Shown here piece after piece: positions 55,820 through 64,000 of a stretch of 64,000 nucleotides of DNA. The notes beneath the pieces are model-generated. The model was not told where the DNA came from and searched no databases. It saw only the letters and a program-made list of their open reading frames with translations. How positions within the stretch are numbered: the stretch's first letter is position 1; every line of letters begins with the position of its first letter. A program made the translations under genes and the position numbers. This DNA is from a virus. Where the stretch lies: IMG/VR virus record IMGVR_UViG_3300007345_000033, one strand, 5' to 3'.

Positions 55820-56714
55820 AATGGCAAATAGATTAATTACTGAAAAATATTTCGATAAATTTCCAATAATACAATATTCTAATACAGAAGTTGTGGATAT
55901 AACCCGTAGGACAACCCTACTTGATACTATTTCTAAAAATCCTTATAACTTTTATTCTTACGATATATCAAATGCGGAAAGAGCGGATCATCTAAGTTAT
56001 AGATATTATAAAGATTCATATTTTAGTTGGTTAATATACCTTTCGAATAATATCATTGATCCATATTATGAATGGTTTTTGGATAGCGAAGAATTCGAGA
56101 ACTTTCTAATAAAAAAATATGGTTCCATTGAAGAATCTTTGAGAAAGGTTCACCATTATCAAAATGATTGGGAATTTAAGGAAAAGATATCTATAAGTTC
56201 TTATGAAGCGTTAGTGGATTCTCAGAAAAAGTATTGGGAACCAGAATATGCATTCAACAATATAAAGCAATATAAAAGAAAGGAAATTGACTGGAAGTCT
56301 AATACAAATAAAGTTATTTCTTATGAAGTTTCCTCTAATTCGTTCATAGAAGGGGAAGTTTGCAAAATTGTATTTAACCCAGAAGTAGAAGAATTCGGTA
56401 AAGGAGAAGTAACTACTATATCTAATAATATGATTTACATCAATAACGTATCGGGTACATTCTATACAGACGATGATGTTTCAGTTCTCCCAACAAGTTA
56501 TATTTACGGGATAGAAAGTCAAACAAATACAATTTTTACTGATGTATCTTCTGTGTCTAATAATATTTCGGAAGAAGAATTAGTATATTGGAAAGAAGTC
56601 ACTAACTATGAATATGAATATAATAAGAATCAATTCAACTCAACTATAAGATTGATTGATTCTAAATTTTCCAGACAAGCCGCAGAAGAACTTAATGAAT
56701 TAATGGGAAATTGA
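55800..56714 (+). CDS. structural protein
   Basis: Coupled ORF in the baseplate operon. Confidence 0.4.
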   Translation: MADSENKMANRLITEKYFDKFPIIQYSNTEVVDITRRTTLLDTISKNPYNFYSYDISNAERADHLSYRYYKDSYFSWLIYLSNNIIDPYYEWFLDSEEFENFLIKKYGSIEESLRKVHHYQNDWEFKEKISISSYEALVDSQKKYWEPEYAFNNIKQYKRKEIDWKSNTNKVISYEVSSNSFIEGEVCKIVFNPEVEEFGKGEVTTISNNMIYINNVSGTFYTDDDVSVLPTSYIYGIESQTNTIFTDVSSVSNNISEEELVYWKEVTNYEYEYNKNQFNSTIRLIDSKFSRQAAEELNELMGN

Positions 56715-56717
56715 TAT

Positions 56718-57902
56718 ATGGCGTTTACAAAAGAAATTGGTATAGGGGATTGTATAGCTGATGTTACTTATAATGGAGAATATCTGCCAATAATGTCTAT
56801 AGACATTAAAGAAAATATATTGGATCCATTTGGCCCAAAGGCAAGTATATATTTAAGAGATGTTTTTAATAACTTTGCGTTTCTTCCTGGGAACGAGAAA
56901 GATAAAATCATAATAACATTTACGGATCATTTAAATAATAAAGTTGTATTTGACATGAGGCCGTTTAAACATGTTAATATGCACGACGCCACCAAAAATA
57001 ATAAAGGTAGCGGAAAATATCAAGTTTCTGAATTGATAGTAGTTACTCCGGAATATTTGGCAAATTTAAAAAATCCAGTACAGGGGAAGAAAGAAGGTCC
57101 AAGTACCACAACTGCAAAAAGTATATTACAAGGAAACCTGGGGACTACGAAAAATGTGATAATTGGGGATTCGTCCACGTCCCCTCAACAAATAAATTTT
57201 ACTTTAGATAAACCTTCAGATGCAATTGGAAGTAAATTGAACGGTCTTGGATCATCAAGTTCTAGCGGTTCTGCGTTTTATGTATTTTTTCAATCTGTTG
57301 TTAATGGGATTGCTTCTTATACAATTACCACCTTTAATAAATTGATGCAACAAAAACCTCAATTTGAATACGTTAAAAGATCAGATGCCGGTACGGGAAA
57401 TATTTCTAAGCAAGATTTAATTTATTCTATAATGGGTTTAAACGTCGATTCTTCCTTTGACCTGGAAAGAAGAATTGATGGGCAATTGTCAGGTAAGTCA
57501 TTTAATCTATCAACTGGTCAGACTTATACTATGGGTCCAATTGCACCGGCAACTAAACCCGAAGATCCAACTGTAATTGATAGAACTGTTGAAATGCCTA
57601 ACCCAGTTTATATAAATATTTTGTACGATAAGGTTAATACTAAAAACAAGACAAATGTGGTTAAAGCGCAATTACAAAAAGCATGGGAATTAGCAAAGTA
57701 TTCAGAAGTAAACGGTATGATAAGAATTTATGGTAATGGCGGAATACAATTGGGGAGTTTGATAGATATTGACCCAGGAGATACACCAAATAGACTTCAA
57801 GGGAAAGGTTTGGTTACGGCCATTCAACACCAAATAGCAGACGAAGGAATTAGTCCTAGATATGTGCAAAATGTTGCTGTTGTCCCAATTCCTAAATCAT
57901 AA
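56718..57902 (+). CDS. baseplate hub-associated protein (gp27-like by size and position)
   Basis: 394 aa, immediately upstream of the gp5-like gene. T4 gp27 is 391 aa. No motif verified. Confidence 0.35.
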   Translation: MAFTKEIGIGDCIADVTYNGEYLPIMSIDIKENILDPFGPKASIYLRDVFNNFAFLPGNEKDKIIITFTDHLNNKVVFDMRPFKHVNMHDATKNNKGSGKYQVSELIVVTPEYLANLKNPVQGKKEGPSTTTAKSILQGNLGTTKNVIIGDSSTSPQQINFTLDKPSDAIGSKLNGLGSSSSSGSAFYVFFQSVVNGIASYTITTFNKLMQQKPQFEYVKRSDAGTGNISKQDLIYSIMGLNVDSSFDLERRIDGQLSGKSFNLSTGQTYTMGPIAPATKPEDPTVIDRTVEMPNPVYINILYDKVNTKNKTNVVKAQLQKAWELAKYSEVNGMIRIYGNGGIQLGSLIDIDPGDTPNRLQGKGLVTAIQHQIADEGISPRYVQNVAVVPIPKS

Positions 57903-57911
57903 GGTGATATA

Positions 57912-59486
57912 ATGAGATTTAAATTTGCTGAAGTAAGGAATATCGAAAATGATCCTTCTCAATCCGGAAGGGTTTCGGTTAGATCTTATGGCGATCAAGA
58001 TAACGAGAAACTAACACCTGACAGTGCTTTACCTTGGGCAATTCCACTCCAATCCAGTACTTCTGCCGCAACCAGTGGATTGGGAGAAACGCCAACTGGA
58101 TTAGCAGTGGGTTCAAGGGTAATGATAGGTTATATGCCCGAAGATAAAGCCGAACAATTTCCCATAATTATGGGATCGTTTAGTAGGGCAGAAACCCCTT
58201 CATCCCAAGGGCCACAAGTGGGAGCTGACCCCAATAGTGGCGGTAAAATTGGCGCTCCCGCTCCAGATTTTCCTGGTGGTATTTTACCTAAGTCCGATGG
58301 AACCTTAGTTGAATATAATGATCCTGCGGATGGTTCGCCGAAGCCAAATATTTCCAAAAATCCGGCCGCAAATTTGATTATGAATAGGGATAATTTGATT
58401 AAAGCCTTTGTTGATAATTCATATTGTGCATCTCCGACAGCTGGCGATATTGGAAGAGAAGAAAATGGTACTGCTGGTTTGAGGGAAAAATATGCCCCAA
58501 ATGCGGATGGGCCCAGTACAGCTGCAGCTAAACCAGGTAAGGATATATTGAAGGTTTCGGAAGAAGTTGGTTTAGTACCAATTTTGCCTAACGTATATCA
58601 AGATTTACAAAAGGCGGATATGATGTTAGCGGCATATTCGGAAAAATCTCATCTAGACATGTTAAGTGAATCTTATTTTAATGTATTGAAATTATTCACC
58701 ATACAATATTCGTATCAATATACTATTGATGTTTTGACAAAAGCTTTATCTGGACCGAAATCAAAATTATTGAGTGAGAAATATAAGAAAATAATAAATG
58801 ATGCTCATGAACAATTTTCGGAGGAATATTTAAAAACCGGAGGTAATCTAAAAACTATTTCGTATAACGTAGTGGTAAATTCTGACTTCGATACAATCCC
58901 GGAAAGGAATATAGTCACAAAAGTTCCGGATTTGTATATACAAGATTATTATCATTATTCTAGATCAAAATTTCCAGGTTATAAAACATGGATTAAACCA
59001 GAATCTAATACGATTTTTTACACAAAAAGAAATCTTGGGGAAACATATTATGAGACTTCCGAAGAAGAAATATTACAACGTAGTATTGATAGATTATATA
59101 ATGCCTTGAATGAATACTTTTTAAATAAAACTCTCGCGGTGAATATCTTAATAGATATATTCGATGCTGAAATTAGTAATATTAAGATTGACTATATTGA
59201 AATATCTTTGGGAAAAAACTTCAAGAATTATTCTTCTAGTTCACCAAAAACCTTATTGGGATCAATGGCCGATAATATCAATAATCAAATATCAACTCAT
59301 TTACCTAGATCGGTAATAGATACAGATAAAGCCACAACGATTATTAAGGATTTTTCAGAAAAGATTTCTATTGCCAAAAACATGAGAAAAATTACCAAAA
59401 ACGCAATTAATAAATATTCTACTAAATTAAATAACTCGTCCAATACAAGCCCCTTGACATCAGAGGGAATACGTTTATTTGAATGA
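57912..59486 (+). CDS. 5: baseplate hub / central spike protein gp5-like (N-terminal OB-fold domain)
   Basis: SGRVSVRSYG...LPWAIPLQSSTSAATSGLGETPTGLAVGSRVMIGY parallels T4 gp5 AGRVRVRVHG...LPWMSVIQPITSAAMSGIGGSVTGPVEGTRVYGHF. Confidence 0.6.
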   Translation: MRFKFAEVRNIENDPSQSGRVSVRSYGDQDNEKLTPDSALPWAIPLQSSTSAATSGLGETPTGLAVGSRVMIGYMPEDKAEQFPIIMGSFSRAETPSSQGPQVGADPNSGGKIGAPAPDFPGGILPKSDGTLVEYNDPADGSPKPNISKNPAANLIMNRDNLIKAFVDNSYCASPTAGDIGREENGTAGLREKYAPNADGPSTAAAKPGKDILKVSEEVGLVPILPNVYQDLQKADMMLAAYSEKSHLDMLSESYFNVLKLFTIQYSYQYTIDVLTKALSGPKSKLLSEKYKKIINDAHEQFSEEYLKTGGNLKTISYNVVVNSDFDTIPERNIVTKVPDLYIQDYYHYSRSKFPGYKTWIKPESNTIFYTKRNLGETYYETSEEEILQRSIDRLYNALNEYFLNKTLAVNILIDIFDAEISNIKIDYIEISLGKNFKNYSSSSPKTLLGSMADNINNQISTHLPRSVIDTDKATTIIKDFSEKISIAKNMRKITKNAINKYSTKLNNSSNTSPLTSEGIRLFE

Positions 59487-59498
59487 TAAGGAAGCAAA

Positions 59499-60242
59499 AT
59501 GGCAACCGATGATAACAAAACTTTACCTATACCTATGTGGGCGGACCCGGATAGTGGTATAGTTCCAAAGTATCCTTATTTTTATGGTAAAAGGGATCCT
59601 TCTGGTAGATATGAATTTTCATATAGTAACCCAAAGGAACTTGATAAGAGTAGTGTTGAACGGTATGAGGCTTCTGGAAGTTTTGAAACTATTCATTCCC
59701 ATCCGGATAAAAAAGAAATTAGGACTAAATTTAATGCTGGACAAAGCTTTGAATATACTGCCGGTGGATCGAGTAAACAAGTAGACGGTAATGTATTTGA
59801 ATCAACTTCTTCCACAAAACATGAAAATATTTCCGGAGATTCTGGTAAAATAACAGGTGGAAAATCCATTAATGTGTCCGGCGGTTCTCAAATAAATATG
59901 GGTAAGAACGTTCTTATCGCATCGGCCGGAGATAGTAATTCAATTGGGATGGGTACTACTTCCGGAGAATCAATAACGGACCATGTTGGTAATGTATATC
60001 AGAGTTTTGAAGGAAACTTTGTAAAGAGCGTAATTGGCACCGAATTGAAACTTGTGGTAGGAGATTACGGAATACAAGTTCAGGATGGAAATTATGATGT
60101 TGATGTTTCAGGAAACTTAAGAATATTTTCCGAACAAAATGTAACTATTGAATCCGATACTCAAATTGTAATAAAAATAGGAAATACCGAAGTAATTATT
60201 GATGAGAGTAATATAGGAACGCTTAAAGCGCTATTGTCATGA
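59499..60242 (+). CDS. Gly-rich beta-helix-like spike/baseplate protein
   Basis: Repetitive GxSxxxxG and V/IxxG periodicity (GGKSINVSGGSQINMGKNVLIASAGDSNSIGMG). Confidence 0.4.
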   Translation: MATDDNKTLPIPMWADPDSGIVPKYPYFYGKRDPSGRYEFSYSNPKELDKSSVERYEASGSFETIHSHPDKKEIRTKFNAGQSFEYTAGGSSKQVDGNVFESTSSTKHENISGDSGKITGGKSINVSGGSQINMGKNVLIASAGDSNSIGMGTTSGESITDHVGNVYQSFEGNFVKSVIGTELKLVVGDYGIQVQDGNYDVDVSGNLRIFSEQNVTIESDTQIVIKIGNTEVIIDESNIGTLKALLS

Positions 60243-60263
60243 TAAATATAATAACGAGGACAA

Positions 60264-60716
60264 ATGGCTAGATTAACAAGGGCGGACTTTTTTCGAAAAG
60301 ATCCTAATAAAAAATTTGAATTTTATTCGGATTTTACTAATAATTTCAAAACCCTTCCTGGTGGTAAACATCTTGCTAGGGCTTTGGATGAGAGATCAAT
60401 ACAACAATCCCTAAAAAATATAATATTAACTGGAATTGGAGAAAGGCCATTTCAACCATTAGTCGGTTGTCAAATAGCCAAGATGTTATTTGATCCCAAT
60501 AACCAAGGCGAAAAATCATCATTAGAATTTTTCATTCAATCTGCAATAGAACTAAATGAACCAAGGGTCATTTTAGTTGATATCATAGTAGATAACGGCG
60601 AGACAATTAATAGATATCATAGAGATTCTAACGAAGTAGTGATCACTATAAAATATAAAACAATAAATGATTCCACGACGAAATCATTTACACAAATCCT
60701 TAAAAGAGTTCGATAA
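60264..60716 (+). CDS. 25: baseplate wedge protein gp25 / GPW family
   Basis: SIQQSLKNIILTGIGERPFQPLVGCQI matches the GPW/gp25 signature (IxQSIxxILxTxxGERxxxPxFG). 150 aa. Confidence 0.7.
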   Translation: MARLTRADFFRKDPNKKFEFYSDFTNNFKTLPGGKHLARALDERSIQQSLKNIILTGIGERPFQPLVGCQIAKMLFDPNNQGEKSSLEFFIQSAIELNEPRVILVDIIVDNGETINRYHRDSNEVVITIKYKTINDSTTKSFTQILKRVR

Positions 60717-62554
60717 TGGCAGCAAATACAAATAGTACATTAACTTTAAGTTCTTTGGATTTTGATACACTCAAAGATAATTTTAAAAGTTTTCTTCAAT
60801 CTCAAGATAAATTTAAAGATTATGATTATAACGGATCTAATATTAGTGTTCTGTTAGATATTTTGTCATATAATTCATATTTAAATTCATTTTATTTGAA
60901 TATGGCAGTATCAGAAATGTTTCTAGATTCGGCTCAATTATATGATTCAGTTATTTCTCACTCAAAGGAACTGAATTATGTTCCTGCCAGTGCAAGGTCT
61001 AGTTCCGCCAAAATTAATTTTACCGTTGATGTATTAGGTCAAGATGGTATTTTAACTTTACCCAAAGGAACCAGATTCAGGGGTTATAACTCTAATAGTT
61101 CATATATATTCACCACGAATAATACATTAACAATTCTTTCTTCAAATGATACATTTTCTACTTCTAATTTGGAAATATTTGAAGGAGAATATTATCAAGA
61201 TACATATATTGTAAATTATAACGAAGAAAATCAAAAATTTTTACTAACAAACCAAAAATCTGATATTAATAGTGTTGTGGTTAATGTAACTGAAGATTCT
61301 TCAAGTAAAGATTATAAGAGAAAAGATCACTTATTTGGTCTAAACGGTAATTCAGAAATATACTTTATACAACCTTCAAGAGACAATTTATACGAAATTG
61401 TATTTGGGGATGGGCTTTTTGGTAAAAAGCCAAAACATGGCGCGACTGTAAAAATAAGTTATAGAGTTACATTCGGAGAAGAAGCAGATAACATTAATGC
61501 ATTCGATTTTGTGGAAGATTATTATTTTGATATTCCTAACATAGAAGTTGTGGAAATTTCTTCCGGGGGGGCTGAACAAGAATCTATTGAAAGTGTTAAA
61601 TTTGCGGCCCCGAGGTATTTTGCCACTCAACAAAGAGCGGTCAGTTCGGACGATTATTCTTCATTGGTATTTTCGCAATTTAGTAACGAAGTTTCTGACG
61701 TAAATGTATACGGTGGACAGGAAGTAGTTCCTAAACAATATGGTAAAGTAATGTTAGCGATCAAACCTTCGGTTGGGGTGATTGCATCTCAATATTTAAA
61801 AGATAGCATCTATAATTATTTGCAAGAATATATCGCATTACCCAACAGAATTGTCATTGAAGATCCGGATTATTTCTATTGTTCGGTTATTTCCAAAGTA
61901 CAATACGACCAGGCAATATCAACTAAATCTCCTTCAGAACTTCAATCAGATTGTATTTCTTCCATCGTTACATATAGTAAAAATAATCTAGAATTATTTG
62001 GCAAAGATTTGAGATATAGTAAACTCGTTAAACAAATTGATGATAGTGATGCCAGTATTACAAGTAATGACACAGAAATTAGAATTGTTAAGAAATTAAC
62101 ACCAGCTATTGGCACAGATACATCTTACAATATTCAAACTGGTAACGAAATTTATTACAATTCAACAGTATATGTATCAAATACAGTTCATGAATCGTAT
62201 CATACAAGTAGTTATGACTTGCATTCCGAACATACTTCTATTCTTTCTTCTCGATTTACGTATAATTCCAATGATGGAAAAACATACCCATTGAGTTTTA
62301 TTGAAGAAGATCAAAAAGGTAATTTAGTGGTGTTCGTCACTGTTGCAGATCAATTAGTCAAAAATGACATAGTTGGTTCAGTTGATTATGCAACTGGAGA
62401 AATTAATATTGAAAATATTAATGTGGCAGATTATACCGGAAGTATTAATTTGTATATTAAAACTGATACTAAAGATATTCTTTCCAAACAAAATAAAATT
62501 CTTATTATTGATCCCGCCGATATCACTGTAGATATTATAGAGCAATTAGTATAA
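60716..62554 (+). CDS. baseplate wedge protein (gp6 / baseplate J-like)
   Basis: 612 aa, ATGA-coupled directly after gp25, as gp6 is in T4-like phages. Confidence 0.5.
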   Translation: MAANTNSTLTLSSLDFDTLKDNFKSFLQSQDKFKDYDYNGSNISVLLDILSYNSYLNSFYLNMAVSEMFLDSAQLYDSVISHSKELNYVPASARSSSAKINFTVDVLGQDGILTLPKGTRFRGYNSNSSYIFTTNNTLTILSSNDTFSTSNLEIFEGEYYQDTYIVNYNEENQKFLLTNQKSDINSVVVNVTEDSSSKDYKRKDHLFGLNGNSEIYFIQPSRDNLYEIVFGDGLFGKKPKHGATVKISYRVTFGEEADNINAFDFVEDYYFDIPNIEVVEISSGGAEQESIESVKFAAPRYFATQQRAVSSDDYSSLVFSQFSNEVSDVNVYGGQEVVPKQYGKVMLAIKPSVGVIASQYLKDSIYNYLQEYIALPNRIVIEDPDYFYCSVISKVQYDQAISTKSPSELQSDCISSIVTYSKNNLELFGKDLRYSKLVKQIDDSDASITSNDTEIRIVKKLTPAIGTDTSYNIQTGNEIYYNSTVYVSNTVHESYHTSSYDLHSEHTSILSSRFTYNSNDGKTYPLSFIEEDQKGNLVVFVTVADQLVKNDIVGSVDYATGEINIENINVADYTGSINLYIKTDTKDILSKQNKILIIDPADITVDIIEQLV

Positions 62555-64000
62555 TGCCATATCAAATTCCAACTCATATTTCGAATTTAATCGAAAGTCA
62601 ATTTCCTAATATCTATAAAGAAGATGGGCCCAATTTCGTTCTATTCATGAAAGCATATTATGAATGGATGGAATCGGCGTGGGATAACGAGTTCAACGGA
62701 TATGGTGGTCCAATTCGCGAATCAAGAGAACTTTTGGAATATAGAGATATCGACCAAACTATTGTTAAGTTTCTTGAATATTTTCAAAAGAAATATCTAT
62801 ACGGTATTCCGTTTGAGGTAATTTCAAATAAAAGATTTCTTCTAAAACATATTCTGGATGTTTACAGGTCAAAGGGTAGCATTCAATGTTATCGTTTGTT
62901 ATTTAAATTACTATATGATGAAGATATTGAAGTTTATATCCCTGGGCGCGACTTATTGCGCCCATCAGAAGGTATCTGGAGACAACCAAAATATTTGGAA
63001 GTAACCGGAAATAGTTTACTTGAAAGTTATGTTGGTCAGACAATTATCGGAAGTTCTTCTCGAATTACAGGTATTGTTGAAAGCTATTCCAAAGAATATT
63101 TTAATGATGATATTATTCACATTTTACACTTGTCAAACACCAGCACCAGAGATAAAGATTTTGAAGTTGGCGAAAAAGTTGTTCTTTACGGCGAACAATC
63201 TGATACTTCTAAAATTGAAGCAGCTCCTGCTATTAAAGGTTCTTTACAATCATTAGAAATTACCAATGGTGGGCAAGGTTTTAGCGTCGGCGATATAATC
63301 AAGATTGTTCATAAAGATTTGGATACTAATGATGTAATTTCTTATGGATCTGAAGGGGTTCTTAGGGTTTCATCTGTTAGTAACGAATTCGGAACAGTTA
63401 ATTTCTTAATCCTTGATAGTGGTACTGGGTTTACCAATACCGCTCAAACGTTTGTTTATAGATCTTCAGATCAAGGAGAAGGTGCATCTTTTGAAATAGG
63501 AAATTTATCTTCCACACGGATTATTGAATATAATACTGACATTCTTGGGAATTATTTGACGGTTCCTTTAGATGCAACGGCTTATGGATTACCGAAAGAT
63601 GTTTCGGCCAATTTATCATCAACTATTGGATCTTCTTTAGAAAAAGAATCTCAAACTTTTGGTTCTATTTTGACCTTGGATAATATTTTCACGGGTAATA
63701 ACTATGCAGCAGAACCTTACGTATTTGCAAGACCAGTTCAAACTTCATTACCGATGTATGGTAATGTGGCTTATTCAACTACATCAAATACTATCGTTGG
63801 AACAAATACTAATTTTGATTATTTCTTTTCCAATGATGATGTAATAGGTTTAAAATATTCTTCAACTGTATCGGAAGCTGGATACGAATACGCTGTTATC
63901 AAAGAAGTGGTTTCTAATACAGAAATTACATTGTATGGACCACCGTCAACAAACTCAATGGCAAACGCTCAATATATGGTAGCGCCAACCATTCTTCCTT
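62554..64000 (+). CDS. baseplate/tail fibre-associated structural protein (partial, continues beyond window)
   Basis: ATG overlaps the upstream stop (TAATG). Open frame to the end of the window (MPYQIPTHISNLIESQFPNIYKEDGPNF...). Confidence 0.45.
   Translation, partial: MPYQIPTHISNLIESQFPNIYKEDGPNFVLFMKAYYEWMESAWDNEFNGYGGPIRESRELLEYRDIDQTIVKFLEYFQKKYLYGIPFEVISNKRFLLKHILDVYRSKGSIQCYRLLFKLLYDEDIEVYIPGRDLLRPSEGIWRQPKYLEVTGNSLLESYVGQTIIGSSSRITGIVESYSKEYFNDDIIHILHLSNTSTRDKDFEVGEKVVLYGEQSDTSKIEAAPAIKGSLQSLEITNGGQGFSVGDIIKIVHKDLDTNDVISYGSEGVLRVSSVSNEFGTVNFLILDSGTGFTNTAQTFVYRSSDQGEGASFEIGNLSSTRIIEYNTDILGNYLTVPLDATAYGLPKDVSANLSSTIGSSLEKESQTFGSILTLDNIFTGNNYAAEPYVFARPVQTSLPMYGNVAYSTTSNTIVGTNTNFDYFFSNDDVIGLKYSSTVSEAGYEYAVIKEVVSNTEITLYGPPSTNSMANAQYMVAPTILP

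Overview
This window is a contiguous stretch of a T4-like (Tevenvirinae-type) myovirus genome. It is AT-rich, with a dense plus-strand early region (1..31.9 kb), a hyperplastic minus-strand cassette array (32.5..37.3 kb), a replication/late module (gp33, gp59, gp32) and a baseplate module (gp4-like, gp5, gp25, gp6-like). Auxiliary genes identified from motifs include three calcineurin-like metallophosphoesterases, an ATP-dependent DNA ligase, an M15 endolysin, dNMP kinase (gp1-like), NadV/NatV-type NAD salvage enzymes, PstS, an SPFH protein and an ArfB-type GGQ peptidyl-tRNA hydrolase. A cluster of about 25 tRNA genes (11.5..22.6 kb) is interrupted by a NUMOD3 + PD-(D/E)XK homing-endonuclease-like gene, tRNA 3'-half fragments, a selC-like tRNA and a roughly 1 kb ORF-free, GNRA-tetraloop-rich structured RNA candidate. 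The most unusual architecture is an array of about 14 tandem PeSL-like units on the minus strand, each with a sigma70-type promoter, a small ORF, a GC-hairpin terminator and a GCGCGC box. These units carry two paralogous small-protein families and are bracketed by four blocks of iteron-like tandem repeats. All calls are from manual reading of the sequence; tRNA identities and distant homologies need tool confirmation.
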